From: a virus
Strand: one strand, 5' to 3'
UHGV virus genome: UHGV-0106827
Length of the DNA: 35,998 bases
This document shows positions 1-6,933 of this stretch, piece by piece. How positions within the stretch are numbered: the stretch's first letter is position 1; each line of letters opens with the position of its first letter. The notes under the pieces were generated by a model. The model had not been told where the DNA came from, did not search any database, and saw nothing but the letters and a program-made list of their open reading frames with translations. The position numbers and the translations under genes are program-made.

Positions 1-412
1 CCGAATTGGTCAACATGAAGTATGTGCTTGAACCATCGTTTCGGATAAAGAATCCGTAGTCACCCTGTACGATGCGGAAGCCATTTCCTGACTTGGAGAC
101 AATCTCACCATCAACCGTTAAACCGCCGGTAAGAGTTCCTCCAGTTATTGGCAATGCATCAATATCTTCAGGCGTGAGGTTAATGTCTTTTGAACCATCA
201 AACGAAACGGAATTAATCTTTCTCGCGGTTTTCAGCTTTGTAGCCGTTGAGGCATTGCCGGACAGCTCACCAGAAATGCCACCAACAACTGTTAGATCAC
301 CAGTTATTGTGCCGCCTGAACTTTCCAGTTTTTTAGCAACATCACTCTTAATAGAGTCGATTTCTTTTTTCAGATTAGTTATATCTGCTGGTATCGTTGT
401 CACTGTTGCCAT
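1..412 (-). CDS. Tail-fibre-like protein, N-terminal part (gene runs off the left edge)
   Basis: ATG at 410-412 with AAGGA 7 nt upstream; translation MATVTTIPADITNLKK...GNASTATKLKTARKINSVSFDGSKDINLT carries the fibre repeat motif also present in the 700-2196 ORF. Not in the ORF track because no stop falls in the window. Confidence 0.6.
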   Translation of the reverse strand, partial: MATVTTIPADITNLKKEIDSIKSDVAKKLESSGGTITGDLTVVGGISGELSGNASTATKLKTARKINSVSFDGSKDINLTPEDIDALPITGGTLTGGLTVDGEIVSKSGNGFRIVQGDYGFFIRNDGSSTYFMLTNS

Positions 413-421
413 ATTAATTCC

Positions 422-700
422 TTACGCCCATTCCCGCAGCGGTTGTTCTAATTGAACTTCAAAACAATCAAACATTTGTTGTTTCAAACTGTTGTTTAAA
501 ATACGAACATTAACGAAGAAGCCATCATTTTTAATCACTGTTGGTTCTTCGTTCTCGCCGTTAGATATTTCGGTATATGTAATACCTACAACATCAAGAA
601 GGATGTTGTTTTGCAGTTCTTCGTTATCGTGCCAGGATATACTCTCTAAAAAAGAGTCGTATTCTTCCCTGTCTCTGAATTTCAACGTAATATCTTTCAT
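422..700 (-). CDS. Hypothetical acidic 92-aa protein, translationally coupled to the upstream fibre segment (U'-like position; possible fibre chaperone)
   Basis: ATG at 698-700 overlaps the TAA of the upstream ORF (TAATG); its own stop lies inside the RBS of the next gene. No recognisable motif. Confidence 0.45.
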   Translation of the reverse strand: MKDITLKFRDREEYDSFLESISWHDNEELQNNILLDVVGITYTEISNGENEEPTVIKNDGFFVNVRILNNSLKQQMFDCFEVQLEQPLREWA

Positions 701-2196
701 TAAATAACCTCAGCCATTTGTTGGTCTGTTAATGCTTTATGCCATATTCTGAAATTCCTGATATGACCAAATAAATGACGTAACCCTGCTGTAGTCTGGC
801 CTCCAATACGGATGGTTGCAGAGTTCTGAATATAGGACCATGTAGTCTTTGTTTCGCTGGATATGCGCCCGTTACTTACTGAGCACGTAGACTGATCTGA
901 TTTTACACGCATCCCCATAACCATTTTTTCAAGCAATGCGTTTTCGTTTACCCGTCTGTTAGCTCCTCCAATATCGCAATAAGGAAATCCGTCGTAATCT
1001 GCTGAAGAACCGAAGCCAAGAATAATAGCCGCTCCGGTTTGATGACCGCCGGTATCAAAAACACGTGGCGCTGCATTTGGCGTTTTATACCAGTTCTTAT
1101 GTACCTCACAAAGAACCGTAAAAGGAAGATTATAAAGATTATTATTAATTGGAACTGTAACTATATCGCTTGCGCGGGTAGCCGCCGTCGTTCCTGAGAT
1201 AATAAAAGATGATGCACACGAACCATCCTCAACCTGAGGGGTGGACAGATAAATATAGTCTCCAGATACGGTTGCTCCGCCCTGCTTAGGAGAATACTGT
1301 ATCTGAGATCCTATTTTTAACTCATCATCAATTGCCTGGATTGTTGCCTCTGCAAAAATCCATCCGGTAGCTTCGTCCTTTCTGACTCTCGCTGTAATCC
1401 TTGAGGCCGCGCCACCTGTCATATTAATTTCAAGCGTTTGTGTATCAATATATGCATCACCAAGAAAAGTTGTTGCACTACCATCATATTTATCAAAGCG
1501 GATACGCAACCTTACCTGTCGTTCTGTTTTAAAACGACATGAGGTTGTCACGTACTTGTTATCGCCTGAAACATCAACTGACTTTGTAGCAGCAATTGAT
1601 GCCATATTAATGGCTGATGTTTGCCCAATCAGAGAATCGTTACAGACAAACTTTCCATAGGTAAAACCAAAACTATCCGTCCCGGTTTCGGGAACATCCA
1701 TATTTGACGATCGCCCCCAACTGGCAGGGTTTTCCGAATTGAGCATGTAGTTTGTTCGTTGTCCCTCAATAAGCAGGCCATCACGTTCAAATCGTGGCTC
1801 GTCAATGGCAGCCTCTGTCAGCACACCAGATTTATTTATATAGGTTGCTTTCGATGCGCGTTTAAACTTAACAACCTTGTCGCCAGGCATTGTTATTTCG
1901 TCGTCGCCAATAACAATCTTTTTATATGATGGAGAAAAGCCCGCAATCATATCCAGTGAATCATTAAACGGTATCCACACATCTGGCAGCGGTTGAATAA
2001 TCTTCCTGGCATCCTCCAGTGACAATGCTTCGACATCCGAGGCTGTTAAAGAAATATCTGCCGAACCGTCAAATGAAACGTTGTTAATCTTCCGCGCTGT
2101 TTTTAATTTTGTTGCGGTATCGGCATTCCCTGTCAGCGCCCCGGTGATCCCGCCGTTGAAAGTCTGGCGTGCACTCCATGTGTTAGCCGTGCTCAA
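700..2196 (-). CDS. Tail-fibre variable segment (Sv'-type cassette) of the Cin-invertible C segment
   Basis: Frame is open upstream of the TTG at 2194-2196 through the cix site to a stop at 2275-2277, so there is no independent start. Begins with the conserved fibre motif TANTWSARQTFNGG and ends with a jelly-roll/LamG-like tail (TIRIGGQTTAGLRHLFGHIRNFRIWHKALTDQQMAEV). Confidence 0.7.
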   Translation of the reverse strand: MSTANTWSARQTFNGGITGALTGNADTATKLKTARKINNVSFDGSADISLTASDVEALSLEDARKIIQPLPDVWIPFNDSLDMIAGFSPSYKKIVIGDDEITMPGDKVVKFKRASKATYINKSGVLTEAAIDEPRFERDGLLIEGQRTNYMLNSENPASWGRSSNMDVPETGTDSFGFTYGKFVCNDSLIGQTSAINMASIAATKSVDVSGDNKYVTTSCRFKTERQVRLRIRFDKYDGSATTFLGDAYIDTQTLEINMTGGAASRITARVRKDEATGWIFAEATIQAIDDELKIGSQIQYSPKQGGATVSGDYIYLSTPQVEDGSCASSFIISGTTAATRASDIVTVPINNNLYNLPFTVLCEVHKNWYKTPNAAPRVFDTGGHQTGAAIILGFGSSADYDGFPYCDIGGANRRVNENALLEKMVMGMRVKSDQSTCSVSNGRISSETKTTWSYIQNSATIRIGGQTTAGLRHLFGHIRNFRIWHKALTDQQMAEVI

Positions 2197-2226
2197 CAGG
2201 GGGATCTTTTCACCGCTGGTACCGAG

Positions 2227-2252
2227 TTCTCTTAAACCAAGGTTTAGGATTG
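2227..2252. other. Cin crossover site (cix), 26 bp with central AA
   Basis: TTCTCTTAAACCAAGGTTTAGGATTG closely matches the Hin/Gin/Cin crossover consensus (compare hixL TTCTTGAAAACCAAGGTTTTTGATAA); overlaps the cin stop codon. Confidence 0.75.
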
Positions 2253-2804
2253 AAATGATGACGCCGGAAACTTCTTATAAAGCGTGGAAACAGCCACATC
2301 ATAGATGATTGCAACCTGCTTACGGGGGATACCCTTCTCCAGCAATCGCCGCATTTGCTGCCATGTTTCTTCTTGGTATTTAGGCCGACGCCCACCTATA
2401 CGACCTTCTGCGCGAGCTACATCAAGTCCAGCGCGTGTACGTTCAACGATAAGCTCACGTTCCATTTCTGCCAGCGCACCCATTACGTGAAAGAAAAAGC
2501 GCCCCATTGGTGTACTGGTGTCGATGGAGTCAGTGAGACTCCGGAAGTTAATGCCTCTGTCACGCAGTTCTTCCACCAGCACAACTAAGTGACGCATGCT
2601 GCGCCCAAGACGATCTAACTTCCATACGACCAGGGTGTCACCTCTGGAAAGCATACGGAGAACCTTTTTTAACCCAGGGCGTTCAGCCTTTTTGCCGCTC
2701 GCCTTGTCCTCAAAAATTAGCTCACATCCTGCGCTTTCAAGGGCATTTCGTTGCAAAGCAGTGTTTTGTTCATTTGTTGATACGCGTACATAGCCTATTA
2801 GCAT
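2244..2804 (-). CDS. cin: Cin serine DNA invertase
   Basis: 186 aa; MLIGYVRVSTNEQ... N-terminal serine-recombinase catalytic region and C-terminal HTH ending STLYKKFPASSFQS, typical of the Hin/Gin/Cin family. Confidence 0.9.
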   Translation of the reverse strand: MLIGYVRVSTNEQNTALQRNALESAGCELIFEDKASGKKAERPGLKKVLRMLSRGDTLVVWKLDRLGRSMRHLVVLVEELRDRGINFRSLTDSIDTSTPMGRFFFHVMGALAEMERELIVERTRAGLDVARAEGRIGGRRPKYQEETWQQMRRLLEKGIPRKQVAIIYDVAVSTLYKKFPASSFQS

Positions 2805-2930
2805 ATTTTCTGCTCACTATTGTTATTTATAGCAAGCTGCGGATTTTAATTAACAAAACCAGTGTGTGTGGAAATCACAAAGTACATACCGTTTCCCAAT
2901 GATGTTTATTTAATCATTAAGGAAATAGTT

Positions 2931-3212
2931 ATGTTTGATCTAAAAATCATTTTCATATCCATCTTTGGCGGAGTGCATTCGTTTCTGAATGGGGTTCGTG
3001 AAAAACGTTACGAAGCATCATGCAGGCAATTGCTGGCCGAGTGTCTTGCTGCCGTACTTGCAGGCTTTATAGGCATGTGTTTCGCGGAATATAAGGGTAT
3101 GGATGAAAGTCTTCAGAATTGCGTGACTCTTATTTGCAGCATCAATAACAGGCTCATTTTTGAAAGGTTACAAAGGATTATCGATTCGTACCTCAATAGA
3201 AATGCCTCTTAA
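2931..3212 (+). CDS. Small membrane protein with two predicted TM helices (holin-like, possibly lysis-associated)
   Basis: ATG at 2931 with AAGGA 7 nt upstream; hydrophobic stretches IIFISIFGGVHSFL and LLAECLAAVLAGFIGMCFA; lies just upstream of lydA in an AT-rich stretch. Confidence 0.45.
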   Translation: MFDLKIIFISIFGGVHSFLNGVREKRYEASCRQLLAECLAAVLAGFIGMCFAEYKGMDESLQNCVTLICSINNRLIFERLQRIIDSYLNRNAS

Positions 3213-3232
3213 GCAACAAATGACCGGTTGAG

Positions 3233-3244
3233 AAGTTACTTTGC
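3233..3244 (+). promoter_or_regulatory. Candidate late-promoter box (AAGTTACTTTGC) upstream of lydA and the dar operon
   Basis: Shares a motif with sites upstream of lyz, prt and pacA; sits 36 nt before the lydA GTG. Assignment as an Lpa-dependent element is inference. Confidence 0.35.
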
Positions 3245-3279
3245 ATACCATTACCTCCTGACAACGTAGGAGGGAACTT

Positions 3280-3609
3280 GTGCTTGACACACAGGAATTA
3301 GCTCCAGTTGCTATTGCGCTCCTGCTTTCAGTAATTGGTGGGATAGGCACGTTCCTGATGGATGTCCGAGATGGTCGCCAGTCTGGCAATTTGTTGGGAT
3401 TGGTTACGGAGATCTTTGTTGCAGTGACAGCTGGCGCGGTGGCGTACCTATTGGGGCAACACGAAGGCTGGGAGTTATCAATTACGTACTTAATGGTAAC
3501 GATAGCCAGCAATAACGGTCATGAGGTGATTTCAGGGATGAAACGAGTGAATATCGATAGCATTCTGAATGTTCTTACAAGTTTGGTGAAAAAGGGAGGT
3601 GGGAAATGA
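3280..3609 (+). CDS. lydA: LydA holin
   Basis: 109 aa; GTG start with AGGAGG 6 nt upstream; two hydrophobic helices; size and position match P1 LydA as first gene of the dar operon. Confidence 0.8.
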   Translation: MLDTQELAPVAIALLLSVIGGIGTFLMDVRDGRQSGNLLGLVTEIFVAVTAGAVAYLLGQHEGWELSITYLMVTIASNNGHEVISGMKRVNIDSILNVLTSLVKKGGGK

Positions 3610-4049
3610 TTGGCTGGGGTGTATGCGTTCTTGCGTTAGCCTTAGCCGATCGCTATTTGCTAAAACGCAAGGACATCACGCATTTAGAACTTGGTGATGT
3701 GGAAATTAAACAGGGCTTCATCCGGGTGCCGTTCAAATACCGGTCTAAATTCCCGTTTTTGCGCGGCGCAACGGTCAGATATTGGATCCGCGATGTTCAG
3801 AAGCCAACGACAGTGATTGAAGGCGAACAACGTTGTCTGACGTCGGCTGAACAGGGCGAAAACAGTGAATGGTTGTACATACCCACTGAATATATGGGTA
3901 AAGGAGAGCGACTGTGGCATTTCAACGTCATGGTTACGCATGGCGACTCGTTCATTAACCCGTTGTATCGGATTTTCCCTGTTACTCAGAAAATCCGCAG
4001 AAGTTACGTAATAAATCTCGCACAGGATGTGTCAGATGACGAAAAATAA
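3606..4049 (+). CDS. lydB: LydB antiholin
   Basis: 147 aa with N-terminal TM segment, overlapping the lydA stop; matches P1 LydB in size and position. Confidence 0.75.
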   Translation: MIGWGVCVLALALADRYLLKRKDITHLELGDVEIKQGFIRVPFKYRSKFPFLRGATVRYWIRDVQKPTTVIEGEQRCLTSAEQGENSEWLYIPTEYMGKGERLWHFNVMVTHGDSFINPLYRIFPVTQKIRRSYVINLAQDVSDDEK

Positions 4050-4638
4050 GTATGCAACGGTCGATTTTGACCAGGTTAATGAAAAGGGGCTGAAATCCCT
4101 TATCGCGGCGATCAATAAAACCGGTGTTACGGTAATTGAGGTTGACTCCAGCAACCGCGCAACAACGAAAGATGGCGTTAAAGTTAAAACCGCAAAGCTG
4201 GTTCTTAACGACGGACAAATTCTTGCCATACAGGTAAACGATACTGGTGATATATCGGCTGTGAAACTGAATGGAAAATCTATTCCTAACGCACAGTCGC
4301 CAGATATCAAGACGCTTGGTACCGTCATGGGGCAAGCGGCCCGCAAAAACTCTGCGAAATTCCAGAAATCACTGATCGCCAAAGCGAAGCGTGTTGCCAA
4401 TCCGGTAGACAAGAAACCGGCAGTTAAATCCAACTTTCAGCGCCTGCAAGAAGCAAAACAGCGGAATGCTCAGGTGGTTGCCGCTTATAAGTCCGCGCAG
4501 AATTCGGTGTCTTTCAATCAACAGCAGATCACAGATTTGCGGGCGAAGTTGGATAAGGAGACTGGCCGACTCAATAACGAAAAGGCACGGAATGGCGAAC
4601 TCAAACGCCGTCTTAAGCAACTGAAAGCAGGAAATTAA
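4027..4638 (+). CDS. hdf: Hdf (DarA-homologous antirestriction/head protein)
   Basis: 203 aa (likelier start at ATG 4036, with AGGA 8 nt upstream). Shares the motif ARKNSAKFQKS with DarA (AEKNSAKFQRA); directly precedes darA. Confidence 0.6.
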   Translation: MCQMTKNKYATVDFDQVNEKGLKSLIAAINKTGVTVIEVDSSNRATTKDGVKVKTAKLVLNDGQILAIQVNDTGDISAVKLNGKSIPNAQSPDIKTLGTVMGQAARKNSAKFQKSLIAKAKRVANPVDKKPAVKSNFQRLQEAKQRNAQVVAAYKSAQNSVSFNQQQITDLRAKLDKETGRLNNEKARNGELKRRLKQLKAGN

Positions 4639-4639
4639 C

Positions 4640-6559
4640 ATGGAACAGTTCAATATCAATAAAGGGGTGACGATTAAGCCGGGGCTTGACGTGCTTCCCC
4701 CGCCGGTGACTGATGATGAATATCGCGCATTAATGGCTGGTGAGGACCGCTATCTGATGACGGAATCCAACACCCTGGAGGAAATCGAGGCAACGTTCTT
4801 CTATGACACGCCGATCCACTGGTGTGCTACGGATTTATTGGAGGCGATTAGTTCTACTCGTTTGCAGTTACACCGGACCATGCAGGCATTTGTCCGGGCA
4901 TTGAACCAGAAGCTGAATGGTACCGGAATCTCTGCGGGGAGTGATAAAACGGGGGATGTGGCCCAGAGCGGCGCGCGCGCGATCGGCGGCGCTGAAATTG
5001 GCCGGGCACGTAACGTTAACGGGCTGCCAGTCCTGCCAGCCATTATTCCGCTCAGTGATGGTCAGACTATCAGCATTCTGTTTCATAGCCCGACAGCGGA
5101 AAACCGGATCACCAATAGCGATACGCTGGTTGCTTTCCAGTTCTTACTGAATAAAAAAGACGTTACTCACACCGTTGCTCCGATGAGTGGACGTGATATG
5201 ACGCTGGCGCAGGTCACCATGAAACTTGCCAACCTTGCAGAGAAAAACTCGGCAAAATTCCAGCGTGCGCAGAAGAAGAAAAAAGCCCTTGTTGATGAAA
5301 TAACCCAACTACAGGCTGACAGTGACCAGAAAGAGGATGCCATGAGCGACCTCGCGGATCAGGTGGCAGCGGTAGAAGGGCAGAAGGCAGATCTGGAGCA
5401 GAAAATTAACGCTGTTGCATCGGAAGCGGATTCTCTTTATGAAGAGAATGAGCGTTTGCAGACGGAGATTGATCAGCTCAATCGCACTGGTGGGCGCGAT
5501 ACCATTGCTCCAGCGGGGATGACTGGTGGGCACTCTCGCGCGCTGACGGATCGCCTTGCCAGTATCAAAAATCGTATGCATATGGAAGGGGAAGCGATGC
5601 TCAGTAATGGTGCATCAATGAAGCAATTCATTGGGGATGGCGAAGGGTATATCCAGTTAACCGATCCGGATGGCAGCGTATACATGATCAAGGCTAAATC
5701 CATACAGGGTGTGGACATGGCAGATGCGATCGGCAAGCTGTTTAAAGCCTATAAAGCGGGTAATGTATCGGAATATCTGGTCCAACCAGAAGAACATAAA
5801 CCGGAAAACGTCGAACCTGAACCAGCGGAGGATACCGGTAGCTCTTCGCCTGAACCAGAAGTCTCTGTAGGTGCATATCGATATGCCCTGCAAATGCGTC
5901 CGGCGGCCCCTGGCGCAATACCTGAAGGTAACAAAGCAATTCTGCCGCGCCCTGATGAAGGTGACCCGTATTATGAATATGCACGCTACGGCATTGCTAC
6001 TTTCGATACCCCGCTTTCTGATCAGCAAATGAGTGAGTACGACCTGAAGTTATTGCCTCGCGAGGATTCTTTCGACTTCCTGGCGAAGACACTTACTAAT
6101 GGTCCGTTTGGCAAATATGCACAAAAAGCTCTGGAGCTGGCCACCAGCTCACCAGACGAGTTCCGCGTAATGCTGAAAACTCAGTTTCAAAAAACTTTCC
6201 CCAATATTGCGTTTCCTGGGGGCGCTGGCACCGAGAAAATGGTGCAGAGCATGATCAATGCATTGCAGGCCGAAGTCGGTGAGATTACTCAGCCAGAACC
6301 GGCCCCGGCACAGCCTGATGAAACGGTTAGCGAAGCAGATGCAGAGGCTAATAAAGCCATTGAATATCTCAATAACGTGATGGATATACAAAGCACTGAC
6401 ATGGCGGAGATCCGTAACGCCCGGGGCAATGTCCGGGAAGCGATTGCAGCCCTTCAGGCTGCCGGACGTTTTGAGGAAAACGAAGAGCTGGTTAACGGCG
6501 CAGCTCGCCACCTGGCTGATCTGTTGGTAGCAATCCAGAAAGCGGGGGTAGCGGCATGA
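4640..6559 (+). CDS. darA: DarA antirestriction protein (virion internal protein)
   Basis: 639 aa, matching P1 DarA size and operon position; coiled-coil central region. Confidence 0.75.
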   Translation: MEQFNINKGVTIKPGLDVLPPPVTDDEYRALMAGEDRYLMTESNTLEEIEATFFYDTPIHWCATDLLEAISSTRLQLHRTMQAFVRALNQKLNGTGISAGSDKTGDVAQSGARAIGGAEIGRARNVNGLPVLPAIIPLSDGQTISILFHSPTAENRITNSDTLVAFQFLLNKKDVTHTVAPMSGRDMTLAQVTMKLANLAEKNSAKFQRAQKKKKALVDEITQLQADSDQKEDAMSDLADQVAAVEGQKADLEQKINAVASEADSLYEENERLQTEIDQLNRTGGRDTIAPAGMTGGHSRALTDRLASIKNRMHMEGEAMLSNGASMKQFIGDGEGYIQLTDPDGSVYMIKAKSIQGVDMADAIGKLFKAYKAGNVSEYLVQPEEHKPENVEPEPAEDTGSSSPEPEVSVGAYRYALQMRPAAPGAIPEGNKAILPRPDEGDPYYEYARYGIATFDTPLSDQQMSEYDLKLLPREDSFDFLAKTLTNGPFGKYAQKALELATSSPDEFRVMLKTQFQKTFPNIAFPGGAGTEKMVQSMINALQAEVGEITQPEPAPAQPDETVSEADAEANKAIEYLNNVMDIQSTDMAEIRNARGNVREAIAALQAAGRFEENEELVNGAARHLADLLVAIQKAGVAA

Positions 6560-6921
6560 CACTATCAGCTATTGAGTTAATGGATCTCAGCGATAAGTTG
6601 GATGCTCTGATGTCCAAAGCGGCGACCGCGAGTGGCATGGAGTTGCTGGATATCAGCGATGAAATTGACCAGATCATGCAACAGATGGGGTACGGCGCGT
6701 CCGGCGGTGGTAGTGGCGAGGAAAAACAACCTTCGGAACATGATGGTGTGCCAAAACTGGTTGCTGATTTCCTGGCTGATAAATTCGTCGATCAGAGCAC
6801 CGATGCATTTATCGGTACCTTGCAGGATTTGAGTCAATATGTTGGCACATACATCGACCTGGACCAGGTTAAACAGCACACGGCGGCATGGATAGCCGCC
6901 AACATTAAAGAGGCAGCATAA
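6556..6921 (+). CDS. ddrA: DdrA (dar operon)
   Basis: 121 aa, overlaps the darA stop; position in the operon. Confidence 0.6.
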   Translation: MTLSAIELMDLSDKLDALMSKAATASGMELLDISDEIDQIMQQMGYGASGGGSGEEKQPSEHDGVPKLVADFLADKFVDQSTDAFIGTLQDLSQYVGTYIDLDQVKQHTAAWIAANIKEAA

Positions 6922-6933
6922 GGCGTAACAGGG

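Noticed and set aside
109-132. Possible second cix-like site (CCGTTAAACCGCCGGTAAGAG)
   Set aside because: Only about 14/26 matches to the cix at 2227-2252 and it needs an indel; it lies inside a conserved fibre coding motif, so the resemblance is probably coincidental.
72-455. 127-aa plus-strand ORF
   Set aside because: Low-complexity translation; it is the opposite-strand shadow of the minus-strand fibre gene, which has a clear RBS, ATG and fibre motifs.
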